Of a DNA stretch of 64,000 bases, positions 1-11,984 are shown piece by piece. The first letter of the stretch is position 1, and every line of letters starts with the position of its first letter. This DNA comes from Vicugna vicugna (Eukaryota): the NCBI GenBank assembly GCA_013265495.1, contig MU057487.1, forward strand, positions 930,001 to 994,000, written 5' to 3'. The notes beneath the pieces are model-generated. The model was not told the origin of the DNA. It was given only the letters and a program-made list of their open reading frames with translations, and made no database searches. Position numbers and translations under genes: made by a program.

Positions 1-1094
1 AATTGATTTATTTCAATTCCCAGCAAAATTAAAGTTTATTATGTAAATCTCATGAACAAAGCAGGGAAAAAAGCTACATCTTTATAAATCTGCAGTGATT
101 CAATGTCCTACTCTCAATTCTCTCATAGTCTTCCCCTTTTAATTTTCACCTTCCATCCACCCATCTCCTCCCGCTAGGAGACAAGCATTTGCTTACATTT
201 CAAGGGAGAGAGGGCCTGTTAGCCGTTTGAGTACTTCATACATAGATCCCACTGTACCGAAGGATGTTGTCACTGGGTAGATAATCGAAGTCTAGTATTA
301 TTTTGCTTTCTATAATCCTCATTAATTCACCTATAAGGCCCCCCATCTCTGGTGTGGCAGTGGACAGAGGCTTGTTTCCAGGAGCTCCCCAGCTTCTGTC
401 AGCCCCACTTTTCAGTGTTCCCAGAAGAAGAGTAAATGAAAATCATGAACTCAGGATTTCCGCATTAAAGTGCTCTCATTACCAAGTCTCTTCTGCCGTC
501 AAAAAATGAAAACAAAAGAGCAACCTGAGACAGAAGTGAGAATTAATAACAGATGGGTATTTGGACCTTACCTAAAAGAAAAATTATATATATATTCCAT
601 TTATCATTTAAAATTACAGTACTCAAAATGACATGGAAGGAATGGGTAAAGATGATCAAAAAAATTTTTTTTAAATTGTGGCACTCAAAGTGAAAAAACC
701 TGCTTTACCTAGGAGTGCAAAACCGTAGAACCATTTCTAAGAAGCAGCCACAGGAGTGTGGAAATAGAGCCTGTACCAGACTCAGAAATCAACAGGCAGT
801 TTGTATAAACATTCAAATTTATCCAAATTTATACATTTATTCAAATTATTCAGGAAAGAGCAGTCATATGTGGTATAGGAAAATCTGTCCCAAAAGTTCA
901 GCACACTTTATAGATTTATTTTAATTTTTTTTTACAAAATTAATACATGTTCCTTTTTAAATAAACTTGAGTGATACAGAAATATCCATATCTCTGTCTA
1001 TTGTGTGTATTCATATATATATGTATAAAATAGCTCCAATGTGTAGTTTATTTACATCTGACTAATAAACTTAAATAAAGTTATGTACTTTATT

Positions 1095-1232
1095 TAATCA
1101 TCATACCCTCTTTGTAAAGTAGAAAAATTATCATCCTGGATATTCAGGTTTTAAAAAAGAAAAAAAAATTAGGCTAAGGAGGATATTATGTTACTCAAGT
1201 ATTACAGTAAGTTATGGAGCTGGGATGTGATC
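1095..1232 (-). mobile_element. MIR SINE fragment, highly decayed
   Basis: 'aggctaaggagg...gttactcaagtattacagtaagttatggagctgggat' resembles the antisense MIR core. Confidence 0.45.
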
Positions 1233-2384
1233 TTTTTCGGGGGTTTTGTTTGCTTGTTTGGGTTTTTTTGGGGGCGCAGGGGAGATAAGATGCTTTACAT
1301 TGTGTCTGCCGATATTAAAACTAATAACTAGCATGCTACCTAAGCCCAGACATAGTCACTAATCATAGTGTCATTCCAGATCATTTCTGCAAAAAGAAGG
1401 TCACAACTTATAAAGTTTGCAGCAACTAACTTTTTTTCACTCACCAATCACAGAAAACCTTGCACATTATTATGTATGACTGTAATACGTTCATACCTTG
1501 TTTAATAACTTTTATTCATAACGGAAACCATACCACTAACTGTAAAGATGTTAAGTTGAAAAGAAATATGCATATCAATTTTAATGGGAAAAATTAGGAT
1601 TGCTTTCAACCCAACCTAAGATACCAAAACCATTTTTACAGAAAAAAAACAGATTGACAATAAAAATCAAGTTATATACACAATAGAAAACAATTTGAGA
1701 GGAAACAAATGAGTTTTGCATAAATGAAGTAAACATAATAATGTCGTGAAGGTGTAGTGCACTCACTGAGAAGGAAGAGATATTGAATGGTGAGGCAGAG
1801 AAGAGGTACAAGGGAGGAGTTGTAAAGAAGATTGAGAAAGGTTAGGTAATTGACTTTCAGCCAGGTATTCAATACCATCTATTAAGTAAGTAAACTTCCC
1901 CAAAAGACTGCAGAATCTTTATTTCTGTCTCCCTCTTCAGTCCTCTTTTATCACCTATCCTTTGCTCCATGATCAAAATATCCCCACTTTTCTTCCTGCA
2001 ATATTTATTTTGTCAATTTCTGAGCCACCCGAGGGCTCATGGATAACTTTAATTCAAAGTATGCTTGAAAATAAAGGCTAAACACAAGAAACATTTGGTA
2101 ACAGGAGCACATGGGCATAAAAGACCAAAGAGTCACAGAACACACACAGCTCGACTTTTCCTCACGTACTTGAACAGTTTTTCTATAGTTGCTGCCTTGT
2201 CTGGAATTCTGCTTACTCCCTCTGGGCTGACTTTTTCCTTGCAGTAATGAATATCCTTCAATAATTATCTCAGCAAGAGACCACAATGGCAAACTTCCAT
2301 TGTCCATTCATCACCCTGGAAGACAGTCTGACCACAAAGGAAACTCCAGGTAGACAGTGAAATCCCAGCATTTTGAAGGGATTA

Positions 2385-3115
2385 CTTCACTGACTCTTGG
2401 CGTTCATTTTTGCTGATCAGAAGTCTGACGTCAGTCTTACTGTGACTCTTTTCTGTATGCAATGCAATTTTTTTTCTCTCTCAGATTGCTTTTAAGGCAT
2501 TTTTATTCTTTTTTTATTGAGGTATAGTTGATTTATAATGTTGTGTCAGTTTCAGGGAGACATTTTTGCTTTTCTGCAATTTCACTCCAATGTGTACAGG
2601 TGTAAGTTTATGTCTTCATTCAGTATGTGCTTTAAATCTAAGAAATTATATATTTTCTTGGTTCCAGAAAACTCAGCTGTTATCTCTGCAGATAGGGTGT
2701 TTATAAAGTGTTCAGAATAGCATTTTTCAGGGATTCACTCAAGTCTTTACTTTGGGGATTCCTATAAGATACATGTTGGAATTCCTCTATTTATCATGAC
2801 TCTTAACATTTATTTCATATATTTGATTTTTTTGTATCTTGTCATGCCAAGTTGAGGCAAATTACTCAGTCCTACTTCTCTAAGTCTTCTTTCAACTATA
2901 TATAGTTGAAATTTATCATCTAAAGAGGATATCTCCTTGGCTATCTTTTTTTTTAGTTTCCAAGATTTATAATTGAGTCTTTCTTGTATCTACTTATTAT
3001 TATTTATGTCTTTCTCTCAACTTCATGATTTCCTGTTCTCTTTCCTTTTAATTTCATAGTTTGTTGTTCTTTTTCATAATTTCTTATTCTTATTGAATCT
3101 GTAATTCTGTACTCT
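2385..3115 (-). mobile_element. Ancient L1M/HAL1-type ORF1-region fragment, probably continuing to ~3830 beyond a MIR
   Basis: 'ttgctgatcagaagtctgacgtcagtcttactgt...gattgcttttaagg...ttttctgcaatttcactccaatgtgtacaggtgt' matches the recalled antisense old-L1 ORF1 region; T-rich strand bias. Confidence 0.55.
2505..2557 (-). mobile_element. Very short L1 3'-terminal stub with TSD
   Basis: 'ttttttattgaggtatagttgatttataatgttgtgtcagtttcagg' is the antisense L1 3' terminus (compare 13620-13670). Flanked by aggcattttt (2495-2504) and agacattttt (2558-2567). Confidence 0.6.
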
Positions 3116-3120
3116 CCGTG

Positions 3121-3285
3121 GAAAGCTGTGTGGCCTAGAGTTAGTTCCTAAACTTCTCTGTGCTTTGGTTCCCACATTTGTAAAAAGAAGATAATAGAAC
3201 CTATTTCATAGAGCTATTGTCTTGATCTAATGATATAATGCATGTAAGATTCTTAGTAAAGTGTCTGGATACTAAACATAATTAT
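3121..3285 (+). mobile_element. MIR SINE
   Basis: 'agctgtgtggcct...aacttctctgtgctttggttcccacatttgtaaaaagaagataatagaacctatttcatagagctattgt...aatgcatgtaag' follows the MIR core and tail. Confidence 0.8.
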
Positions 3286-4242
3286 GTTTTAATCCTACTC
3301 AGAGTGTTCTATTACATGTGTATTATTGAAAATAAATTGTTGAGCTCTGGTGTTTGTTTTGTTGGATGTCTTTCTTAGCAATAGTTTTCCTTGCATGTAT
3401 TCTAATTTTAGTTTACCGGTATAAATTGAATGAAACTCTTTGCTTTCACCATTCCCTGTCTGGCAGTTTTACAGCTGCTTTCCAACTGGACCCAAGTCTT
3501 ACAGTGTTCTTTAGTGCACTGTCGAGCAATTACATCAGCGACGTAGAAGGTCCGTGCGTGGAGCTAGTAGGTGGCTTGGCCAGGTACTGGGTGTGTTACC
3601 GTATTCTTCTTCTCATTGTGCAGCTCAGACAAGTCACAGCCCTTGACAGTGGGCAGGCTCCCAGCTTTATAACATGACTCTGGCTCTGGTCCTCTCCCAT
3701 CTGTGCGTTGTGTCTGGTCTCCATCACCCTACAGAAGTCAAATGCTTGTTTCTCTTCCCAGAAGTCGATATATCCACACATTCAGCCTAGTTTCTACTGT
3801 GTGTTTCTGTTCTGTTTTTTTTCTAACTGATTCCATAGAATTATGAAGCAGGCCATTCTGAAGGTACTCATAAAACACATTGCTTTGCCCCAACCATTAA
3901 GAGAAACTCCCTGTTATTAATTCTATTTTGAATACGGAGCATCTGCAAATGATAAAGGAAACAGTCTTGGTTGTTTAGGGAGACTAGTAAGCTGCAAGCC
4001 TGGAGACAGATGTCCTGAGGGCCAACCTCATCCTACCTGAGACTGATTTTCCTTATTAACTGTTTGGCTCTTTCTCCAGCTTTGTGCCTGCCCCAGAAGG
4101 ACTCCAGCTGGTGCCACCCATCACTGCTGGAGTTTTTACCATTTACAATTCCACTGAATGTTAATTCTGTCCTTAATGTTGCTGTCAGTTCCCCTATTGC
4201 TTGCACTCACTTGAGAAGCCAGTCCACTTTCATAAATGTGGA

Positions 4243-4273
4243 AAACAAACAAAAACAAACAAACAAACAAAAA
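4243..4273 (+). repeat. (CAAA)n microsatellite
   Basis: aaacaaacaaaaacaaacaaacaaacaaaaa. Confidence 0.85.
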
Positions 4274-4275
4274 AT

Positions 4276-4392
4276 GAATGCCCTGGCTCCACTCCCCAGA
4301 GATTCTGAGTTAATTATTCTGAGGCCTGAGCATCCATGATTTTGAAAAGCTCCCTGGGTGATTCTCAAGTGCAGCCAGGATTGAGAACCATG
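4276..4392. mobile_element. MER5A-type hAT-Charlie MITE, partial
   Basis: 'ccccagagattctgagttaatt...aaaagctccctgggtgattctcaagtgcagccaggattgagaacca' is characteristic of the MER5A end. Confidence 0.8.
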
Positions 4393-5234
4393 AGAAGACA
4401 AGAGCATAAATAACTTGGACTAAAATGAAATGGCAAGAATTCTCTAAAAGATTCAGATAGTACAGTGGGAGCCCACGTCCTCCACTGGGACAGCACTGTG
4501 GGTCGCATGGTCTCTGTGCAGCCCAGGCACACATCAGCCAGAGCTCAGGGGAGAGACATGTCATATCTACCACAAGCTGAGCAAAGAGAACATGATAGTA
4601 TCATTAACGTTTTCTCAGCTGAGCAATAATGGTACTTCTTTCCCTGGTGAAAATGCACAGTAGTATGGGGAATTTTGTACTGCGAGAGCCCACCCAAGTC
4701 CAGGAGTCATAAACCTTTCAAGGATTTAGAAGCCAGACTGAATACCTCTGATATTCTTATGGCTAGATGGGGGCAAAGGCTTATGCTTCAAGGGACATCA
4801 TTGTAACTGACAGAAGTGACAGGCAGTTTGTCGAGATTGGAGGAAGGGGAAGGAAGAAATAAGCTTAGGACAGCCTTGTGGTCCGAGGGTCTTTCTGCTT
4901 CTATGATGCTGTTTGGAGTTAAAGGCAACAGAAGGCTGTAAGCCCGGCTCCTTCGCTCTCCCCTAAGCACTAAGAAGTCCTGTCTGGCCCTTTCCCTGCT
5001 CTGTCAGAGGGAGGCCTGTCTTCTCCATCCTTCAGAGTACAAGTTTAAGGCGAGAACTGAAGCCACGTGGGGAAACTGCTGAGAATGACGCCTTCCTCCC
5101 ACAGAAACTGTTTACTGACTAATGCTCCAGGGGGGCGCTTTTTGCTGCAGGGTTAAGTTTCATTGCTTCTCTTTTTCTGCAGAAAATTCCCTTCTGGTGC
5201 ACAGTGAGAAAATACTTAAGATGGAGAAAGCCTG

Positions 5235-5409
5235 ATGCTGTACAGCACAGGGAAATATACACAAGATCTTGTGGTAGCTCACAGCGGAAAAAAATGCGGC
5301 AATGAATATAAATAGGTTCATGTATAACTGAAAAATTGTGCTCTAACTGGAATTTGACACAACATTGTAAAATGACTATAACTCAATTTAAAAAAAGTTA
5401 AAAAAAAAT
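5235..5409 (+). mobile_element. Young 5'-truncated L1 3' tail (camelid-like family) with perfect 16-bp TSD
   Basis: agatggagaaagcctg at 5219-5234 and 5410-5425; A-rich tail at ~5389-5408; body 'tgtacagcacagggaaatat...acacaacattgtaaaatgactataactc' is homologous to the other L1 tails in the window; TT/AAGA endonuclease-type site. Confidence 0.9.
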
Positions 5410-5429
5410 AGATGGAGAAAGCCTGGGGC

Positions 5430-5780
5430 AAGGGGCAGATGTCAGCGAGAGCGCCATTTTCCTGTTTGTCCAGCAGGGGGAGCCTCTGACAAGCGCGTGG
5501 GCCTGAGGCAGCCCCGGGATGATTACGCAACGCCGAGAGCGCATGCTCCGGCAGGGTGCCCGCCCCGCCTGCTGATGCTGACGCAGGCCTGAGTCCGGGA
5601 AGAGGCGCATCTGGGGCCCAAGCGGTCCGTTTCACTAAAAGGGGAACGGGGACTCGACTCGGAACTCTTCATCATTCCCATGAAACCCTGGAAACGGCTC
5701 AGTAGTTCTTCTGGTTGACCGGCTGCTGCATACAGCTGTCAGCTGCCTGTGAACCGGGTGACACTAGCTCAGCGCTCCTG
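5430..5780. promoter_or_regulatory. GC/CpG-rich patch with a CTCF-like motif
   Basis: About 24 CpGs counted by eye in ~340 bp; CCAGCAGGGGGAGC at 5470-5483 fits the CTCF core; TTACGCAA (C/EBP-like) at 5523. Confidence 0.5.
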
Positions 5781-6439
5781 ATTTCCAAAGAGGATTGTCC
5801 TGATTGTTTTTTCTTTTTCTTTCTTTCTTTCTTTTAGACTAAATGATAATAGTTATTAGAGGCACCCTTTCCTAAGCAGCTCCTGTATGCTTTCACCTAG
5901 CAGATGCTTGACGTGCACTGTGTAGCAATTCCCTGCTCCGCATTTTCTACCCCTTCACCCTGCAGCAAGGGGTCCTACCAGCGCCTTGCTTCAGACCTGC
6001 TGCTGCATTAATGAGCTTGTTCTTAAAAGGGAGAGAGGGAGAGAGGGAGGGAAGGAATCAATCACTTCCCAAATTTACTGGACTATCAGAGAACTTGAGT
6101 TTAGAGAAGAAATAGGAAACTGAATACTATTTGATTTTCTTCTTTTGAAATCAATTGCATCTTCCTGCTTTTTTTTAAAAAAAAAACCTTTTAAGGTGTG
6201 TGTGTGTTGTTTTTAATTTCCCTCAGTTGTGTCCTTGATCTTTTTTGATAGCATATTCTAAAGAAAGACACTGGTCAAAAGGGAGAGAAAAGATATTACT
6301 TCTAAGTTCTTTCTGGTCGGGAGTTAGGGCTGCTTTTTTTTTTTTTAATCTCTTTCTTAATTACGTCATAAAGGAAAGTCACAGAATTATTTTTAAAAGA
6401 AAAATAAGAAAGAAATCAAGACCAAGCTTACATCATTGA

Positions 6440-7012
6440 AAACATGTTAATTAGAGAAAATTTGGAAAATATAGATCTGAAAATAAAGAAGACAAAATTC
6501 ACCCATATTCCCTTAACCTAGTGATAAATGTCATTTAATTTACTGTATGAATTAATAGCCTGTTTTTTCGTAATGTTATATACGCTATTCTACAAAGCAT
6601 TATAATATTGTTCATGCTGGCTAAAAATCTATTGTTTTCCTCAATACAGTGTGATCATTTTTAATACTTACAAGTATTCTTTATCATATATCATATAAAT
6701 GCAGCGTAATATATTCAGTTAATTTATAAGGATAGACATGAAAACTATTTCCTTTTTTTTTATAATGGTACATATCACTGGGATAATAATCTTTATGCAC
6801 ATCAGTATTTCCTTAGGGAAAATCCTAGAAGAGAAATTGAAGGTCAGTGGATACTTAGTTTGTGTGTTTGAAAATGCCCTTCCAGAAACATGGTACGAAT
6901 TTGCCTTGTCACCAACAATTATGAGCCAACATGGGTATTGTGCTGTGCTTTTGTGTGCTTTGCCAGTTTTATAGGTTACAAATACATTTCATTTTTTGTC
7001 TAATTTGTATTC
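6440..7012 (-). mobile_element. Ancient L1ME-type 3' fragment
   Basis: 'tatttccttagggaaaatcctagaagagaaattg...ccttccagaaac...tttgccagttttataggt' is typical antisense old-L1 ORF2 end/3'UTR. Confidence 0.65.
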
Positions 7013-7649
7013 GTCTGACACTTTCTTTTGAATTTCTCAGATTTCCTTTAACGACCTTTCCAACAGACTTAGATTCTGATGTAAGCAACAAAAGATAAGT
7101 GTGTATAGCAGCTGAAGAAACAAAAAACATGCAGTGGGAGACACTGGCATTTAAGACACTTGAGACTTGATAAAAGAATGACCTTGCATAAACTGATGCT
7201 TATAGACAGGCTCAGGATCCGTAGTGGGGAAGATTCACAGCCACGAAAATTAAAGAGGAACTATGCTTGGAGATCCAGGTTGGAATCATTTTTAAATTTG
7301 AATACTCAACTTTAATAACTAAAAAACCCACCGTGGTCAGAAAGACTAAACACAAGAATTCTGGTGATTTTTGCTTCCAAGATAGCTTCACAATAAGGCA
7401 AAATTGAAGCGGGGAGAGGAGGGGAAGGTGACCTCTGTGGAGACTTTCTTCACCTTGCAAGTCAGATTTTGTAACTGGTTTGTACATCCAGGTGTGTGCA
7501 TGTCATCTTGTGGTGCGTATGTGTGCATAGCCAGGTGTGCCTGTCTGCAAAGTTGTCCGCCCTCCTTGTTTTAACTGAGTGTGAAAAAGACAGGAGCCTG
7601 TGCTAGGAAAGAGAGACACCATTAGGAAATAGCTCTGCTTTGGGGAAGC

Positions 7650-7962
7650 AAGCTAATTTACTGAACCACTGATTTACTGAAAAACAATTTGCCAAATGTC
7701 CAGTTTGCAAAATTGGGGGGAAAATGTTTACAAAGTTTTAGTTTCATCACACCCTGTGCTTTCCCTTTGCCCTGTCTCAGAGGTTTGCCCAGTCTGCTTC
7801 GTTAGAGAGGCAGGGTCAAGTTCAGAGGCAGGGACAAGGAGAGGCAGAGGTAGCAGCAGGAATTGTATTAAAACTGATCAACAAAAGCTTCATGACTCAG
7901 GAAATCGGTCATTCATGAAGTTAATGGTAGTAAACTGGCTTTCAACAAACTGGCCCAGAATC
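7650..7962. mobile_element. Possible ancient DNA transposon relic (Tigger/MamRep-like)
   Basis: Short repeated units (tttactga, tttgccaa, tttgcaaa) at the left end are mirrored by agtaaactgg / aacaaactgg at the right end. Confidence 0.3.
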
Positions 7963-9884
7963 CTGCTTTCACACCTTCTTCTACAAGTAACTCTTCCTTT
8001 TCCAGTCCTTCCTTGCCCCAAGTTGTACTTCACTTAGACCTTGATACAGTGTCATCCCTAAGTATAATCCCAACGCTCAACACTTTCTACAGGACTTTAA
8101 GATTTAATTGCTATCTGGCTAAATTTTTACATGAGATCTTTACTTATATTTAATAATATATTCAAAGACCACAAGATGGTGTTGATTTGGAAATAACTTC
8201 TCTTACCTACTCCAACCTGCCTTCTAGGTCCTTCTACGGTCATAAGGCCTTAGGGAGCCCCATTTTGAACAGAGTACACCCCCAATTCTCGCCTGCACAC
8301 CCTTTCCTTCAGCCTTTATATAGCCCTTCAAAGATAAGTCACGATCATGCTGCCTCCACTCGCCTCTGCCCCTGGGGCGACTCACTGGGTGTCTGGTTAC
8401 CGCGGGGCAGAGGCCTTCGGAAGCTCTGAGACTGGCAAGGAGGGCGAGTCCCTCGAAGTTATCTGGCCTGTGGAGCAGAGACAAAGGGATCAGCAGACAT
8501 TTTGCACCAAGATGAGCTTCCTGCCCGTTTTCTTACGACTTTTCCTAAAATAAATGTGCATCTCCTTCTCAGCCTGTTTACATTTTCAAAGCCCTCCTCT
8601 GCTATCGTAGCCTTGAAAAATGCTTGACTCTAGGGAAGATTACAGGTGACAAGGGTGGTGAGAAGGGTGCAGCCGAGAGAAGCATTGTCCCCACCACGCC
8701 CTGGGTCACAGCGAATGCTGGCTACACTCACGTTACTTGCAGTGCACCACTATGGTCTCTGTATGGGAAAAGTAAAGTTTGTTACAGTTACAATGTACAG
8801 GGGGCTTAAAATATATCTGTTAAAAACCTCAATAAAAAGTGTGTGCTAAAGGGTGAGGTGCCAGAATGGTCATAAACTTGATCGGGACACCAAGGATGCT
8901 GGCAGAGTAAGAAGCAAAATTGTGAGCTAGGTGCCAAAGTGATTAAAGAAGATGGAAGAGTGAACTGAAAGTCAGCGTCAAGGGCACATTAACGTATGGC
9001 CTGAAGCGTAAAAGCGGAGCTATAATTGAGTGATGGATACAGAACACGTTCATCTATCATGCTGGAAGTACAGCAGGTGTCTATTCAACGTCAACCCTAT
9101 AGAATTCTAGAGCTGGGGACAATTTATCTGTAGGTTCAAACTGGATTTGCTCTGGACCAAGCATGAAAACATAGTAAATATGTAGCCTTTTAAAGAATCT
9201 TATCCCTGTATTTATAGACATAGGGTACATATTTGTGAATTGAGGCAGAGCATAACATAATAAATAACGAACTGTTTGTGTTCTTTTTTCTTTTTTTTTT
9301 AATCCTCATTCTGCCCAACATAAACAACGATTTTACACTTTACAAAAGGCAGTGACACCTCTGATCTATGACCATTTTATTTCAAAAACAACTTACTATT
9401 ACAATTCTGTCTACTGCTTGGTTGGGAAAAGGCCTTTCCATACCTCATTCGCTGTGGAATAATTCAGTTTTCTTGTCATATCCATCTGGTGTTTATATCT
9501 ATCTCTTGAAATGTAGGGGCTGTTAGAATTAGATCAGAAATAATCCATGTAGAATGGAGCTGAGAGTCATGTCACTGACAACTAGAGAGACAGAGAGAGA
9601 GAAAGCTAACAGCATGACAGGGACACAATGGGCTCCCTTACAGGTCTTTAGAAGACTAGCACCTTATTTTTCCCTGAACCATTCATTGCAAGGCTAACTC
9701 TGAGGTCCTGGACGGTGGTCACCTTCAGTCTGAGCGGCAGGTCCCCTGGCCCCCTCTGATATGACCATGTAATTAGTTTCTTTCTGGAGTCACCAGAATA
9801 GCTGGATTTGTTATACTGTGTCATTTCAGAACACTCACCCCAACCCTCATCCTGTTTATTTGTTGACACTAGGAATTCTTTTTT

Positions 9885-11521
9885 ATTATTATTTAAAATT
9901 TTATTCAACTTGTTTAAACTATAAAAAAAATGCACTCATTTATCTCACCTCCCATGCCAATTTCTGGCAAAAGCACCCATCTGTCCTCTGTATCTATGAT
10001 CTTTAGTGTCTTTGCTTTGGTTTTTTTTGTTTGTTTATTGTTTTAGATTCTCCACATAAAAGAGATCAACAGTGTTTATCTTTGTCTGACTTTTTTCACT
10101 TAGCGTAACATAATACCCTCTAGATTCATCCATGTTGTCACAAAGGGCAAGATTTCTTTTTTTAATGGCTAATTAATATTATATTGTATGTATAGACTGT
10201 ATCTTCTTCATTCATCCATTGATGAACACTCAGGTAGATTCCACATCTTGGTTATTGTAAATAATGCTGCAATGAACATGGGGGTACAAGTATCTTTCTG
10301 AGTTAGTGCTTTCATTTTCTTCAGATAAATATCCCCAAGAGGAATTCCTGGGTCATTTTGTAGTTCTATTTTTAATTTTTTGAGGAACCACCATGTTATT
10401 TTCCACAGTGGCTGCACCAATTTGCATTCCCATCAACCGTGAACCAGGGTTCCCTTCCCTCCACGGAGAGAAGTTCCTGTATCAGCTGCATTCAGTGAAC
10501 TTGAAGCTCCCTTCCCACTCAGTGCTTCCACAGACTTTGTACTCCTGATGGAGTCTTAAGGATTTTCTATACGTAATATTGTGCCATCTGCTCTGGTGAC
10601 AGTCTTACTTCTTCCTTTCCAATTTAGAGGCCTTTTACTTCTTTTTGCCTGATTGCTGTGGCTAGGACTTCCAGTACTATGTTGAATAAAAGCGGTGGGA
10701 GTGGACTTTCTTACCATGTTCCTGATCTTAGAGGAAGAGCTTTCAGCTTTTCACCATTTAGTATGATGTTAGCTATAGGCTTGTCATATGTGGCCTTTAT
10801 TACGGTAAGGTGTGTTCTCTCTGTACCCACTTTACTGAGACTTTTTAATCATAGATGCTGAATTTTGTCAGACACTTTTTCTGCATCTTTTGAGATGGTC
10901 GTGCAATTTTTATCCTTCATTTTGTTGGTGTGGCACATCACATTGACTGATTTGTGGATGTTGCATCATCCTTGCACCCCCAGAATAAATCCCACTTGAT
11001 CATGAAGTGTAATCCTTTCACTGTATCATTGAATTCCATTTGCTAACATTTTGTTGAGGATTTTCACATCTGTGTGTATCCGGAACATTGGCCTGTAATT
11101 TTCTTTTTTCGTGATATCTTTGTCTGGTTGGTATCAGGGTAATGCAGGCCTCATAAAATGAGTTTGAAAGTACTCTTTCTTTTTCTGTTTTTTGGAAGAG
11201 TTTGAGAAGAATTGGTATTAATTCTTCTTTGACTATTTGGTAGAACTCACCAGTGAAGCCATTTTGTCCTGACTTTTGTTTGTTGGGAGGTTTTTAACTA
11301 TTGATTCAATCACCTTATCAGACAGCATTCTGTTCAGATTTTCGATTGCATCAAGGAGTCAGTCTTGGTAGGTTGTAGGTTTCCAGGAAATTATCCATTT
11401 CTTCCAGGTTGTCCAGTTTGTTGCAGTATAATTGTTCATAGCAGTCACCTATGATTCTTTGTATTTCTGTGGTGTCAGTTGTAACATCTCCTCTTTCATT
11501 TCTGATTTTATTTGTGTATTG
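9885..11521 (-). mobile_element. 5'-truncated LINE-1 (ORF2 RT region, C-terminus and 3'UTR) with internal deletion and 14-bp TSD
   Basis: ORF 10208-10420(-) reads [28 protein letters not shown]...KDTCTPMFIAALFTITKMW, the L1 ORF2 C-terminus. 10550-11520 matches the antisense RT region. TSD aggaattctttttt at 9871-9884 and 11522-11535. Confidence 0.92.
10473..10532 (-). repeat. Inverted copy of 11988-12046 embedded in the L1
   Basis: Reverse complement aligns to 11988-12046 at 55/60 (4 substitutions, 1 indel) by manual alignment. Confidence 0.93.
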
Positions 11522-11984
11522 AGGAATTCTTTTTTTTTTAAATAAATCTGTTTAATCTGATTAGAAATAAAATTTTAAAAAGTGTTTGGGAATAGTGACA
11601 TGTTGCTTTAAGCTCACATGTGGCTCTCAAGTCGAGTAACAGAACTTTGTCTAGAAGCAGGTTTCTATGCAGGAAAAAGCTTGTGGGAGTGGGGAGGGGC
11701 TGGAGGTCTCCAACCCTGGCCTCCTTTTTAGTCTATGGCCAAGCACATACACTTTCCAGGAATTCAATATATGTATTAAACCCCAAACTACTAAAATTAT
11801 AATTATTTCACATTAATAATTTGAGTCTTTAGGTTCTTGGTTTGTGAAGGACGGCATCAGCCTGCATTTGAAAGTCAAGTATTTTTCTTTCAAGTCAGGT
11901 ACCAGTGTTTCCCAAGGCATGTGCCAGCCCTCCGGCAAGAGTTGTAAGTTATGTGTCGAAACAAGCAGGACCATCTCACTATAG

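Noticed and set aside
1234..1290. Possible camelid tRNA-derived SINE (Vic-1) tail
   Set aside because: Only a T/G-rich low-complexity run; no tRNA-derived body or TSD visible.
10208..10861. ORFs 10208-10420(-) and 10658-10861(+) as genes
   Set aside because: Decayed L1 ORF2 C-terminus and an antisense reading of L1 ORF2; frameshifted, truncated and internally deleted.
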